This document shows, in pieces, positions 40,419 to 50,889 of a DNA stretch of 64,000 bases. The notes beneath the pieces are model-generated. The model had not been told where the DNA came from. It ran no database searches and saw nothing but the letters and a program-made list of their open reading frames with translations. Source of the DNA: Candidatus Altiarchaeota archaeon (GTDB lineage: Archaea; Altiarchaeota; Altiarchaeia; IMC4; QMZM01); assembly GCA_038891095.1 (NCBI GenBank), contig JAWAEV010000001.1, positions 100,468 through 164,467 of the forward strand. The letters run 5' to 3'. The position numbers and the translations under genes are program-made. Position 1 is the stretch's first letter. Every line of letters begins with the position of its first letter.

Positions 40419-41198
40419 TTATATTAACTTAAGTTGTTCGCTTTCTTTTGATTTAAATTTTTCTAAATCTATACTCAATCCATCTCTTGCTGCAATTGTT
40501 CTTATCCCAGAATTCTCCTCAATTAATTTTGCTTCTTTTTCAGGTGATGAATTCAAGAACTGCATCCCAAAATGAGTAATTATTGCAACTTCTGGGTTTG
40601 CTTCTTTAATTAGTTTAATAGCATTTTTTGTATTTAGATGAGTTTCAATTTCTTTTGAATAGGGAAAGATTACATTTAAAATCAAAATTTTAGAATTTTG
40701 ATAGTATTGAGCAAGTTCTTCTGAATATGCAGTATCTGCTGAGTAAGTTACAATTCCTTTTTCAGTGAAAAATTTAAAGCCAATTGCATTACTATGCCTG
40801 TAAGTTGGCAATGCTACAATTTTTAAATTTTTTATGTTGAACTCTGAATTTGGCTTTAAAGATAAAACCTCAACCGCTTTCTTATGGTATTCTGAAATAT
40901 AAGGCAATGTTTCTTCATTAGTAGCAAAAATTCCACGATTTTTTTTCATTCCATAAGTCATTGCCTCAATTAAAACTTCTGCGTCGTTATAATGATCCAA
41001 GTGATTATGTGAGACAAAAATAGCATTAAGCTTTTGTGGAGATTTACCAAATTGTAATGCCCTTATCAATGCTCCTGGACCTGGATCAAGGGAAATTGTT
41101 ACATTATCAAACTCGAGCCATATACCACCAGAATATCTCCTTTGAGTTAAAATTACAAATCTACCACCTGCAGTTCCAAGGAAAGTTATTTTGTGCAT
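40419..41198 (-). CDS. MBL-fold metallo-hydrolase
   Basis: Likely start MHKITFLGTAGG; SHNHLDH; ADT; THFG. Confidence 0.88.
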   Translation of the reverse strand: MHKITFLGTAGGRFVILTQRRYSGGIWLEFDNVTISLDPGPGALIRALQFGKSPQKLNAIFVSHNHLDHYNDAEVLIEAMTYGMKKNRGIFATNEETLPYISEYHKKAVEVLSLKPNSEFNIKNLKIVALPTYRHSNAIGFKFFTEKGIVTYSADTAYSEELAQYYQNSKILILNVIFPYSKEIETHLNTKNAIKLIKEANPEVAIITHFGMQFLNSSPEKEAKLIEENSGIRTIAARDGLSIDLEKFKSKESEQLKLI

Positions 41199-41263
41199 TT
41201 TAATTATATATAAACTCAAAAAGGGAATATAATAAAGAGTATATAAAGGGATAATTAGTAAAA

Positions 41264-42484
41264 ATGAAAAGCAGGCTATACTTCTTTTTGGCATTAATTC
41301 TTTGCTTAGCTCTTTTTATTGCAAATTGCTCAGCAAAGGTTGTTCTTTTCTATGAAACTGGTAAAATTTCAGGCCAATATAAGATAGATTCTGGTTATAA
41401 AGAATTCAAAAAAGCGCTTGAGAAAAGAGGTTATACTGTTTCAAAAGTTGAGATAGAACTTTCAAAGGCAGTATTACAACGCTATGATCCTGATGTTCTT
41501 GTCATTGCAGGATTATCAAGTCCATTAACTCCACAAGAGCAAGCAGCAGTTTTCGAATTTGTTATGCAAGATGGCAGAGGGCTTTTTATATGCGGAGGCA
41601 CTCCAGCTGCAAATCAACTCTCAATACCTTTTGGAATGACAATTGACGATGCTCCTTTAGAAGATGAAGTACATCCTATAAGAGATTACTCAACAGGTCA
41701 AGTTATAGCAGACAAAAGTAAATTTTCTTTGACATTAAGCAATATTATTACTGACCCTGTAACTAAGTCAATAACACAAGGAGTTTCACAACTTGGTTTT
41801 TTCGGAGGTAATGGAATTGCTCTTTCTGGAAATGCAAAAGCGATATTAATTGGCTATCAAGACACATATGCTCCAAAATCATCTACAGGACTTTTTCCAA
41901 AGGGCAGTAAACCACCAGTAGCAGCATATTCAATAGTTGGCAATGGACTTGTATTTTTGCTCTCAGATGCTTCAATGCTCTTAGATAGTAATCTTGATCC
42001 TAGCAGATATAGGCATGATAACCTGAGATTTGGAACTAATATAGTTGAGTGGTTAAGTATAAAAAGAGAACAAACAGTTAATGCCTCATTGGATGAACTC
42101 TATGTTATTATTGGTGATTTGAAGTTAAGGTTAAATGAGACTTTGGAGGAATCAGCAAAAAAAGATACATTGATAAGTGAATTAACAAATGATAAAAACA
42201 CTCTTGCTGCACAGCTTGATAACTGCAATAAAGAGTTAGAGAAACTAAAATCTGAGAAATTTATGGGAGTTTCCCATTGGATAATTGCAGTTGGATTTTT
42301 AGGATTTGCAATTTTAGTTGCTTCTGCAATATATGCAAAAAAAGCAAAAACAAAGAAAGAAGAAGCGCATGAATTAGGTTATGAATTTGAAGAAAAGGAA
42401 GAAGAGAAAGGAGAGCTTAATATTGGCGGCGGAAAATTTGATGATTTTCTTGAGGAGAAAACAGAGAAAGGGAAGAAAGAATAG
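41264..42484 (+). CDS. Exported GldG/DUF4350-like protein with coiled coil and TM anchor
   Basis: DVLVIAG..FVMQDGRGLFI..GNGLVFLLSD; coiled coil; TM; acidic tail. Confidence 0.7.
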   Translation: MKSRLYFFLALILCLALFIANCSAKVVLFYETGKISGQYKIDSGYKEFKKALEKRGYTVSKVEIELSKAVLQRYDPDVLVIAGLSSPLTPQEQAAVFEFVMQDGRGLFICGGTPAANQLSIPFGMTIDDAPLEDEVHPIRDYSTGQVIADKSKFSLTLSNIITDPVTKSITQGVSQLGFFGGNGIALSGNAKAILIGYQDTYAPKSSTGLFPKGSKPPVAAYSIVGNGLVFLLSDASMLLDSNLDPSRYRHDNLRFGTNIVEWLSIKREQTVNASLDELYVIIGDLKLRLNETLEESAKKDTLISELTNDKNTLAAQLDNCNKELEKLKSEKFMGVSHWIIAVGFLGFAILVASAIYAKKAKTKKEEAHELGYEFEEKEEEKGELNIGGGKFDDFLEEKTEKGKKE

Positions 42485-42513
42485 CAATATTCTTTCTAAA
42501 ATTCATCATAGGT

Positions 42514-42858
42514 TTATTTTCTTATTCTAATTTCTTTTTTACTTTCTTTTAATTTTAGCAAGATTTCTTTTAGCATTGAATCATCAACTTGACTTGGAAG
42601 CCTACCGGCTTGATAGAGTTGTATAAGAAAAATTTCAACACCTCTTGCAAATTCAGGCATTGCAACCCTTATGTTTCCTAACCTTTGTCTTGCTTCAGGA
42701 GTTAAAATTTTATTTATTATGGTTCTTATTTGAGCATTAATTTGCTCTTCTTGCAATTGTTGTTGTATTCTCTCCTGTGCTGCTTGTTGAATTTGTCTTT
42801 GTAATAATTCTTGCATCTTTCTTTTTCTTATCTCCTCTAATTCAGACATTTTCAGCAA
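42514..42858 (-). CDS. PDCD5-family DNA-binding protein
   Basis: ELEEIRKRKMQEL..LTPEARQRL; adjacent to rps19e. Confidence 0.9.
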   Translation of the reverse strand: MLKMSELEEIRKRKMQELLQRQIQQAAQERIQQQLQEEQINAQIRTIINKILTPEARQRLGNIRVAMPEFARGVEIFLIQLYQAGRLPSQVDDSMLKEILLKLKESKKEIRIRK

Positions 42859-42873
42859 ATTAAGTTAGAAGAA

Positions 42874-43296
42874 CTATGACGCCAAAAGCCTATCTGAAAT
42901 TTTATTAAGATATTCGGCACCTTTTTTTGTTATAACTCTGCCCTTTTTATCTTTTTTTTCTGTGAAGCCTAAAGCGTCAAATTCTTGCAAAATTGTTCTT
43001 ATAATTTTACCACTAGCTTTATAGAACTTTTCTGGTTTAACTCCTCTGTGTTTCCTACCACCATATGCAACTCTAAGCCTTTGAACACCAACTGGATTTT
43101 TGCTAATATAAATTTTTCTTAATATTGAGGCTGCTCTTGTCCACCACCAGTCATTATCATTTGGCGCTCTCTCTTTGTCAGCTCCCGTCTTGACAAAAAT
43201 TGCCCAATCAGGTCTTTTGAATTTTATCCTATCTTTTAGATCTTTTGCTACTTCATCAATTAGCTTTTTTGCAGGTATGTCTTTTGGAGTTGCCAT
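42874..43296 (-). CDS. rps19e: 30S ribosomal protein S19e
   Basis: FVKTG..WWWTRAASILRK..YGG. Confidence 0.95.
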   Translation of the reverse strand: MATPKDIPAKKLIDEVAKDLKDRIKFKRPDWAIFVKTGADKERAPNDNDWWWTRAASILRKIYISKNPVGVQRLRVAYGGRKHRGVKPEKFYKASGKIIRTILQEFDALGFTEKKDKKGRVITKKGAEYLNKISDRLLAS

Positions 43297-43297
43297 T

Positions 43298-43726
43298 TTA
43301 TAGATCTAAAATTTCATCTTTTTTGAAAAAAATTTCTATCTCCCTCTTTGCATTTTCAATTGAGTCAGCAGCATGTATCAAATTTTCAGAAATACTAACT
43401 GCAAAGTCACCTCTTATGCTACCCATCTCAGCCTCTAAAGGATTTGTCTTTCCAACAATTTTTCTAACAAGAGTTATAGCTTCACTATCAGGAAGATCAA
43501 TTCCTAAAACCATTGCAACTATTGGACCAGAAGTTATATATGAAATTAAGTTATTATAAAATTCCTTTCCTTTGTGCATCTCATAATGCTTTTCTGCAGT
43601 TTTTTTATCAATTTTCATAGCTTTTATAGCAAGAATTTTAAATCCATAATTTTCAAATCTCTCTATAATCTTTCCAACTAAGCCTCGCCGTACTCCATCA
43701 GGTTTTATCATGACAAATGCCTTCAT
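43298..43726 (-). CDS. ndk: Nucleoside-diphosphate kinase
   Basis: IKPDGV..GSIRGDF..NLIHAAD. Confidence 0.95.
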   Translation of the reverse strand: MKAFVMIKPDGVRRGLVGKIIERFENYGFKILAIKAMKIDKKTAEKHYEMHKGKEFYNNLISYITSGPIVAMVLGIDLPDSEAITLVRKIVGKTNPLEAEMGSIRGDFAVSISENLIHAADSIENAKREIEIFFKKDEILDL

Positions 43727-44031
43727 TTTTTCTTTTTTATTTTTTTCTTGCTATCATCTTTCTCTTTTACTTCTTCTCCAACTTTTGACTTTTCTTCCTT
43801 AGCTTCTTTTTTCTTTTTTACTTTAATTTCTTCCTTTGGCTTAACTTTTATTCTTATTTCTTTTTCTTCTCTATATGCCTTTGTCCATTTAACTTCTCTT
43901 GGCTTTCTTTTTAGTTTTAGTAAATTTTTCTCACATTTTCTTGAGCAAAAATGAAATACTTTACCCTTTGCACTAACAAAAATTTTTTCCTTTCCGTGAG
44001 GAATTTCATTACCACAAAAATTGCAGTTCAT
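43723..44031 (-). CDS. rpl24e: 50S ribosomal protein L24e with K/E-rich tail
   Basis: CNFCG..FCSRKC..PREVKWT. Confidence 0.93.
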   Translation of the reverse strand: MNCNFCGNEIPHGKEKIFVSAKGKVFHFCSRKCEKNLLKLKRKPREVKWTKAYREEKEIRIKVKPKEEIKVKKKKEAKEEKSKVGEEVKEKDDSKKKIKKKK

Positions 44032-44056
44032 TCTAAATTTTAAAACAAAAACGAAT

Positions 44057-44248
44057 TTATGATAAAGGTCTGGCTTCTCTTTCTGCTTCTCTTAAGTCAA
44101 TAATATCACCTTCTCTTACAGGAGTTCTAACATTTCTTCTGAGAACTCTACCCTTACTTTCACCTTCTAAAATTTTACACATTACTTGAATAACTTCACC
44201 ATAAATTCCAGTTCTACCTATAATTTTTACCACTTGCGAAGCGACCAT
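44057..44248 (-). CDS. rps28e: 30S ribosomal protein S28e
   Basis: [22 protein letters not shown]. Confidence 0.93.
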   Translation of the reverse strand: MVASQVVKIIGRTGIYGEVIQVMCKILEGESKGRVLRRNVRTPVREGDIIDLREAEREARPLS

Positions 44249-44260
44249 CTTCTTTATTTA

Positions 44261-44620
44261 TTAACTTTTTATCTCATTTACTTTTTTCACTATCTCTGCT
44301 ATAACATCTTTGGCTTTGCCTTCTTCAACAATGCATGCAGAAGCAGTTGGAATATTTATGCCAACGGCATTGCCAATTTCAGCTTTTGTTAGATAAACAT
44401 AAGGTATCTTTTTCTCTTCACACAACATTGGTAAGTGCATCACTATTTCTGGAGGCTGAACATCAGTGCCAATAACTACAAGTTTTGCTATACCTCGCTC
44501 AACAGCTTTTGTAACTTCATTTGTGCCTTTCTTTATTTTTCCTGTTTCTCTTGATGTTTCCAATGCCTCAACTATCTTAGCAGATAACTCCTTTGGAATT
44601 TCAAATTTTACATATGTCAT
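44261..44620 (-). CDS. rpl7ae: 50S ribosomal protein L7Ae
   Basis: [23 protein letters not shown]. Confidence 0.96.
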   Translation of the reverse strand: MTYVKFEIPKELSAKIVEALETSRETGKIKKGTNEVTKAVERGIAKLVVIGTDVQPPEIVMHLPMLCEEKKIPYVYLTKAEIGNAVGINIPTASACIVEEGKAKDVIAEIVKKVNEIKS

Positions 44621-44717
44621 TTTTTACCTCCTTCATCTTTTAATAGGTCATTGGTTTTATAGAATCCCAAATATATTTTAGTTAATAGAAGTTCTCATAT
44701 ATAAATAATATTGTTGG

Positions 44718-46172
44718 TTATCTATGCCCAAAGCAAAATTTCAGTACAGAATTTTTTTCTTCAAGAACTACAAACCCAAAGCGTTCAAATTGTATTATCT
44801 CACCTAAGCGAACATTTTTGCAATTTTCTTCACATATACCTTTGATTATGCCATCAGGAGTTAAAATTTCTGTTGGAATTCCCAACTGAATCCAGTGAAT
44901 TTTTTTAACTTTTAAATTTTTTTCTTTTAAGCATATTGCTGAAATTTTTTCTGAAATCTCCTCAATTTTTACATTACAAAGATTCATTAATCTCACTTCC
45001 TCATTAACTTTAAGTTCTTTTGCATCCTTTTCTTCAATGAATATTTTCCTTTTTGGATCTACAAAAATTTCTCTTTGTTCGCCCTTTGGAAAATTTGGAT
45101 GTAATGGTAATCTAACAGTTGTCGGCTCTAAATTTTTAATTTCTATTTCAATTGGTTTAGCTATGAAAAAATATCTCCTGGCTTTTGGATCAATTATCTT
45201 CCTATTCTCAGAAAATAAATTCTCCATTGAAATTGAGACAAAATTTTCTGTTATACCTAAGTTAAGAATTACTTTTATTATAGCTTCAGCAGTAATACCT
45301 CTTCTCCTTAGAGCACGAATTGTTGGAAGTCTTGGATCATCCCAACCAGTATATAGTCCTTCAGCAATTCCTTTCTTTATAGCACTTGTTGATAATTTCC
45401 CAAATTCTTCAACTTTTACTCTGCCCCAGTGAATTACCTTAGGATAATTCCAACCAAAGTAATCATAGATAAATTTCTGTTTTTTCTCAGAGTTCTCTAA
45501 ATCTTTACCTCTAATAATATGCGTAACTTTCAGCAAATGATCTTCAATTGCCGATTCAAAATCCAAAAGTGGCCATAAATGATATCTATCTTTAACCCTT
45601 GGATGTTTGGCATAGAGAATCCTAAAACCAACCCAGTCTCTCAACGCTGGATTTTTGTGTTGTATATCTGTCTTAATCCTTAAAACAACTTCGCCCTCAT
45701 TGTATTTCCCTCTCAACATATCTTTCCAAATTTCCAAATTTTCTTTTGCATCAGTGTTGCGATGTTTACATGGCATTTTTGCATCTTTCAACTTTTTAAA
45801 TTCATCAGGATTACAAAAACAAGCATATGCCTTTCCCATCTGTATAAGTTTTTCAGCATAAGGATAGTATAGGTGAATTCTTTCTGATGCATAGTAAATT
45901 TCATCAGGCTCTGCATTTAAAAATTTACAATCTTCTAAATACCAATCATAAGCCTCAATCATAGGGGCCTTTGTTTTTGGATCAGTATCATCAAATCTAA
46001 GAATAAATTTTCCATTATATTTTTTTGCAAGATAGGAATTTATTATTATGCCACGAGCAGAACCCAATGTAGGTGGCCCATTTGGATTTGGGGCAAACCG
46101 CATTCTAACATTCTTTGGGTTATCAGCTAATTTCAGAGAATGATCCTTTGCTTCCTCTGTCATTGCATCCAT
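44718..46172 (-). CDS. gltX: Glutamate--tRNA ligase (archaeal type, short N-terminus)
   Basis: RFAPNPNGPPTLGS, LRFDDTDP, LSTS, WDDPRLPT, QFERFGF. Confidence 0.95.
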   Translation of the reverse strand: MDAMTEEAKDHSLKLADNPKNVRMRFAPNPNGPPTLGSARGIIINSYLAKKYNGKFILRFDDTDPKTKAPMIEAYDWYLEDCKFLNAEPDEIYYASERIHLYYPYAEKLIQMGKAYACFCNPDEFKKLKDAKMPCKHRNTDAKENLEIWKDMLRGKYNEGEVVLRIKTDIQHKNPALRDWVGFRILYAKHPRVKDRYHLWPLLDFESAIEDHLLKVTHIIRGKDLENSEKKQKFIYDYFGWNYPKVIHWGRVKVEEFGKLSTSAIKKGIAEGLYTGWDDPRLPTIRALRRRGITAEAIIKVILNLGITENFVSISMENLFSENRKIIDPKARRYFFIAKPIEIEIKNLEPTTVRLPLHPNFPKGEQREIFVDPKRKIFIEEKDAKELKVNEEVRLMNLCNVKIEEISEKISAICLKEKNLKVKKIHWIQLGIPTEILTPDGIIKGICEENCKNVRLGEIIQFERFGFVVLEEKNSVLKFCFGHR

Positions 46173-46251
46173 TTATAATTTAATACAAATTTACTTACTT
46201 TAATATTCTGTTCACATATTATTATAATTGCAATAAGAAAAAAGAGGTAAA

Positions 46252-46872
46252 ATGCGGCCAATTGTTATTTGGAACATAGAAATGAGTGCTGATGGAAAAA
46301 TAGGTAAAAAAGATAAAGAAATTTTACTTTCAAATAAGTTAAATCAGAGCAGGATTGAAAAGATGCGAAGTGAAGTTGATGCCTTAATATTTGATTTTAG
46401 AAATGCTGAAAAATTTGCTGAAAATAGAAAAGTCCCGGAAAAAGGTCCAAAGATAGTTATCATAGACCCAAAAGCAGAATTGCCAAAAAATTCAAAAATT
46501 TTAAATTTTAATCCATTGCTAATTGTTGCTGAAGAAGCAAATGCGGAGAAAGTTAAAAATTTGAGGAAAAACTTTGAAGTTATGGTCATTGGTAAATATG
46601 CTGTAAATCTTCATGAATTGCTTGCTAAGCTTTATAGAAGAGGTATAAGAAAATGTATTGTAGAGGATAAAGAGCATTTAGCTAATAGAATGCTGAATGA
46701 AAACTTAATTGATGAAATTTTCATTCTTGTAAATCCTTTGCTGATAGGTAATGGCAAAAGTTTCATTGAAAAAGTTAGTAAGGAGATCAATTTCTCTCTG
46801 AAAGGAATTGTACAGTATGGGGATGCTGTTCTTTTACATTATATAGTAGCAAAAGAGCAAGAGCAAAAATAA
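46252..46872 (+). CDS. RibD C-terminal/pyrimidine reductase-like protein, divergent
   Basis: MSADGKI, RSEVDA, LIDEIFILVNPLLIG. Confidence 0.75.
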   Translation: MRPIVIWNIEMSADGKIGKKDKEILLSNKLNQSRIEKMRSEVDALIFDFRNAEKFAENRKVPEKGPKIVIIDPKAELPKNSKILNFNPLLIVAEEANAEKVKNLRKNFEVMVIGKYAVNLHELLAKLYRRGIRKCIVEDKEHLANRMLNENLIDEIFILVNPLLIGNGKSFIEKVSKEINFSLKGIVQYGDAVLLHYIVAKEQEQK

Positions 46873-46879
46873 TTTTAAA

Positions 46880-47728
46880 ATGCCAACTCAGGCAATTTCA
46901 TATGCAACAGCAAATATTGTCTCTACAGAAAAAAAAGGTGCTGCATTCACAATTAATATTCCTGTAAAAGTCACAACTGAATTAACAAATGATGGAAAAA
47001 TTTTAATAACTAAAAAAGAACTGAAAAAAATCGCAGAGAAAACACTTTTACTTTTAAAACACAAAGAATATGGATTAAAGATAAAGATTAAGAATGAAAT
47101 TCCAGATGGCTTAGGCAGAGAAGAAGCTACTTCCTTAGCGTTAACATTTTCAATTGCTGGAGAAATAGCAAAAAAATATGGCAGTATAAATGAATTGAAA
47201 ATTGATAAATTTCTGAGTGAGCAATTTTTAATAATTGAGAAAAAATTTTTTGACAAGAAAAAACTTTTGGAATTATGTATTAAAGAGAATGAAAAATTGA
47301 AATTTGAAAAGTTGGCTACTAGCTTTTATGGAGGATTTTCTGTTACAGATAATAGCAAAAGAGAAATTTTGCGTAGAGGCGACATTGAAGAACTCTTTCT
47401 GAAATTGCACAAATTAAGGGTAAGAAAACAATTAAAAATTTTTGAAAGTGAATTAGAAAAGGCATGGGATGAAGCACTTAAAGGCAACTTGTATACTGCA
47501 ATGAAAATAAATGCTCTTTTGCTAAATGAAAACTCAAAAAAATTTGTTAAAAATGAGGTTATAGCAATTTCATATTCGCCACCCTATCTTATAGAAATTT
47601 CAAGAGAGAAAAAATATGGAATTTCATCCATAAATTCTCCAACAAAAATTCTTGAAAAACCAATGAGAATCTATAAAGTGAAAGATTTTTTAAAGATAGA
47701 AAATTCAGATGAATTTAATATTTTTTAG
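46880..47728 (+). CDS. Archaeal shikimate kinase (GHMP)-like protein, divergent
   Basis: KGAAFTI..EIPDGLG..ATSFYGGFSVTDN..EILRR. Confidence 0.6.
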   Translation: MPTQAISYATANIVSTEKKGAAFTINIPVKVTTELTNDGKILITKKELKKIAEKTLLLLKHKEYGLKIKIKNEIPDGLGREEATSLALTFSIAGEIAKKYGSINELKIDKFLSEQFLIIEKKFFDKKKLLELCIKENEKLKFEKLATSFYGGFSVTDNSKREILRRGDIEELFLKLHKLRVRKQLKIFESELEKAWDEALKGNLYTAMKINALLLNENSKKFVKNEVIAISYSPPYLIEISREKKYGISSINSPTKILEKPMRIYKVKDFLKIENSDEFNIF

Positions 47729-48397
47729 CTAAAGATATTCCTTTTCACCTTTTATCGCATACATTGTTTTATTTGCAATATTAACTGAATGGTCACCTAT
47801 CCTTTCTAAGTACCTTGCTATTAACAGAAAATTTATTGCAACTATATAAGCACTTTCTCTTTTATTTTTTTCACCATTCAAAATTGCATTAGATATGAAT
47901 TTATAAAGTTCTGAGAACATGCTCCCATATAACTTGTCTATAGCTTCTTCATTTTCCAATACAGACTCTACCTTCTTTTCATTTTTATTTATAAATGCAA
48001 ATGTTGAATCAATTATCATTTTCTCAGCAATTTTAGACATCTCAAAAACAGTCTCAATATTCTCCTTTTCATTTTCAACATATTGGATAATTTTTGCTAT
48101 ATCAATAGAGTAATCAGCAATTCTTTCTAAACAAGCACCAACTGTCATAGAAGATGTTAAAAATCTCAGATCAGAAGCAACTGGTTGATAAAGAGCAACC
48201 ATTTGTATAGAGCGTTCCTCTATTTTTAAATATATATTGTCAGCAATTTTCTCCAAATGAAAAACTTCTTTGGCTTCTGTATCTCTCTTCTTGAGAGCTA
48301 AAATAGCTTCATGCAAGCTTCTTTGGGAAATTTTTGACATTTCCATTATATCCTGCCTTAAAAGATCCAAGCTCTTGAGATATTTTTTGCTTATCAT
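47729..48397 (-). CDS. phoU: Phosphate regulator PhoU
   Basis: QPVASDLR, LERIAD, LERIGDH. Confidence 0.93.
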   Translation of the reverse strand: MISKKYLKSLDLLRQDIMEMSKISQRSLHEAILALKKRDTEAKEVFHLEKIADNIYLKIEERSIQMVALYQPVASDLRFLTSSMTVGACLERIADYSIDIAKIIQYVENEKENIETVFEMSKIAEKMIIDSTFAFINKNEKKVESVLENEEAIDKLYGSMFSELYKFISNAILNGEKNKRESAYIVAINFLLIARYLERIGDHSVNIANKTMYAIKGEKEYL

Positions 48398-48403
48398 TTT
48401 ATC

Positions 48404-49168
48404 TTATCCAAATCTACCTGTTATATAATCCTCAGTCGCTTTTTCTTTTGGGTTTGAAAATAATTCTTTTGTTTCGTTGAATTCTATTATCTCCCCTAAA
48501 AGGAAGAATCCTGTGAAATCTGATACACGAGCTGCTTGTTGCATGTTATGTGTTACAATTACTATTGTATAATTCTTCTTTAATTTATAAATTAGGTCTT
48601 CTATTTTTGCTGTCGAGATTGGGTCTAAAGCAGAGCATGGTTCATCAAATAATATAATCTCTGGTTTTACTGCAATTGTTCTTGCTATACAAAGTCTTTG
48701 TTGTTGGCCACCAGATAATTCAAATGCATTTGCATGGAGCCTATCTTTAACTTCATCCCAAAGTGCAGCTGCTTTTAAACTTTCTTCAACTATTTCATCT
48801 AATTTTTTTCTATCTTTCACACCATGAATTCTTGGCCCATAGGCAACATTATCATATATACTCATAGGAAAAGGATTTGGTCTTTGGAATAACATGCCAA
48901 CTCTTTTTCTTAGTTTTATAGTATCAATATCTTTGTCATATATATTTTTTCCATCTATCTTAACTTCTCCAGTTATTTTAACTCCTTCTATAAAATCATT
49001 CATTCTGTTTAGACATCTAACAAATGTTGATTTTCCACAGCCAGATGGTCCAATTAATGCAGTTACACAGTTCTCTCTTATATCAATGTTGTTATTCTTA
49101 AGTGCTTGAAAGTCTGTATACCATAAATTAAGATTTCTCACCTCTATTTTATTTCTCTTGCCTTTCAT
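48404..49168 (-). CDS. pstB: Phosphate ABC transporter ATPase
   Basis: [24 protein letters not shown]. Confidence 0.97.
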   Translation of the reverse strand: MKGKRNKIEVRNLNLWYTDFQALKNNNIDIRENCVTALIGPSGCGKSTFVRCLNRMNDFIEGVKITGEVKIDGKNIYDKDIDTIKLRKRVGMLFQRPNPFPMSIYDNVAYGPRIHGVKDRKKLDEIVEESLKAAALWDEVKDRLHANAFELSGGQQQRLCIARTIAVKPEIILFDEPCSALDPISTAKIEDLIYKLKKNYTIVIVTHNMQQAARVSDFTGFFLLGEIIEFNETKELFSNPKEKATEDYITGRFG

Positions 49169-49169
49169 T

Positions 49170-50021
49170 TTATCTTGAAAAACTAGTAGAAAATTTTCTT
49201 TTTATAAATCTCGTGATTGTGTTAAGTATTAAAATTATAATTATGAGAGTTAGGGATATGCCAAATGCAACTTTAAGTGAAATACCTTCCATTGTGAGAT
49301 AATAAAGTTGGGTTGTTAATGTATTTCCACTATCAAATACTGAGGTAGGTATAGTTGGATTCAAAGCAATCATAAATATTATTGGTGCTGTTTCACCAAT
49401 TGCTCTACCAATGCTAAGAATTATTCCAGTGACTATTCCAGGCATTGCTCCAGGTAGGACTATATTCCATATTGTCTCCAATTTTGATGCACCTAAACCA
49501 TAACTTTCCATCTTCTCAGCGAATGGAATTGTCCTTATCGAAACCTCTGAAGTTCTGATTATTGTTGGCAATATCATAAAACCTAATGTTAAACCTGCTG
49601 ATAACAAAGATGGGCCACCAGTATAATCTTTTAAGTAGAATACAAATAAAGCCAATCCAAATAGTCCAAAAACAATTGATGGCACAGCATTTAATGAATC
49701 TGCAGACATTCTAATTAACTTACTCATCTTCCCTTCTCTTGTGAACTCTGTCAGATATAGTGCTGTTCCTATACCTATAGGTGCTGCAAAGATAATTGCA
49801 ATTCCAACAACAATTAATGAACCAAGAATCGCAGGCATTATGCCACCAGAACGCCAATTATCTTCAGGTATGTTTATTATAAAAGAGATATTAAGAGTAT
49901 CTATGCCCATAATGAAGATATATCCAAGGATAGAAAATAAAATTAGTAATATCATAAATGCTGAAAACCAAAACCATAAATTTGAGATTTTATCAATTGT
50001 TTTTCTCTCCATACTACGCAA
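49170..50021 (-). CDS. pstA: Phosphate ABC permease PstA
   Basis: [17 protein letters not shown]. Confidence 0.93.
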   Translation of the reverse strand: MRSMERKTIDKISNLWFWFSAFMILLILFSILGYIFIMGIDTLNISFIINIPEDNWRSGGIMPAILGSLIVVGIAIIFAAPIGIGTALYLTEFTREGKMSKLIRMSADSLNAVPSIVFGLFGLALFVFYLKDYTGGPSLLSAGLTLGFMILPTIIRTSEVSIRTIPFAEKMESYGLGASKLETIWNIVLPGAMPGIVTGIILSIGRAIGETAPIIFMIALNPTIPTSVFDSGNTLTTQLYYLTMEGISLKVAFGISLTLIIIILILNTITRFIKRKFSTSFSR

Positions 50022-50889
50022 ACCTCTCCTTTGTCTTTAAGATTAATCTATTTGAAATGAAGCTAAGAATTAACACTATTATAAGAGGTATAAGACCAAG
50101 AGAGAATAATGCACTATAATGTAGGCTTTTAACTGTGGACTCCCCCATTTCAAGAAGTATAGCAGATGTGAGAGTCTCCCCAGGATCAAGAAAGCTCATT
50201 GGAATTTTTTCAACATTTCCAATAACTAAGACAACGGCCATAGTTTCACCAATTGCCCTTCCAATGCTTAAAATTATTGCAGCTATAATCCCTGGTTTTG
50301 CAGCTGGTAAAACAACTTTACTTATCACCTCCCATCTCGTTGCACCCATAGCATAGGCACCTTCCCTATAAATTTTAGGAACAGATTCAATTGCATCTTG
50401 AGAAATTGATATTATTGTTGGGAGAACCATTATCGCAAGAATTATCGCAGCTGAGAATATTGTTTCCCCCGTAGCAAGATTAAGAGATACTTTAACAAAA
50501 TTCACTATTATAACAAGTGCAAATAATCCATAGATAACTGAAGGGATTCCAGCAAGTAATTCAATAGCAGGCCTTACTATTTTTTTACTCCAACTTGGTG
50601 CAATCTCAGAAAGGAATATCGCACATGAAACCCCAAAAGGTATGGCAATTGCCATCGCAGAAATTGTTACAAATACTGTTGATAAAATAAAGGGGAAGGC
50701 TCCAAATAGATTTTTTCCTGGTATCCATTTATCTCCAAATAAAAAATCGGCTAAATTCACTCTTGAGAAGGTTGGTAATGCGCTATCTAATATAAACACA
50801 ATAATCAAAAGTAGGATAGATATCGCGGTAATACTAAAGACTGATAATAAAGCCGAAACAATTTTTTCTGCATTAATGTTAATTTTCAT
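50014..50889 (-). CDS. pstC: Phosphate ABC permease PstC
   Basis: ELLAGIPSVIYG, RAIGETMAV. Confidence 0.93.
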   Translation of the reverse strand: MKININAEKIVSALLSVFSITAISILLLIIVFILDSALPTFSRVNLADFLFGDKWIPGKNLFGAFPFILSTVFVTISAMAIAIPFGVSCAIFLSEIAPSWSKKIVRPAIELLAGIPSVIYGLFALVIIVNFVKVSLNLATGETIFSAAIILAIMVLPTIISISQDAIESVPKIYREGAYAMGATRWEVISKVVLPAAKPGIIAAIILSIGRAIGETMAVVLVIGNVEKIPMSFLDPGETLTSAILLEMGESTVKSLHYSALFSLGLIPLIIVLILSFISNRLILKTKERFA

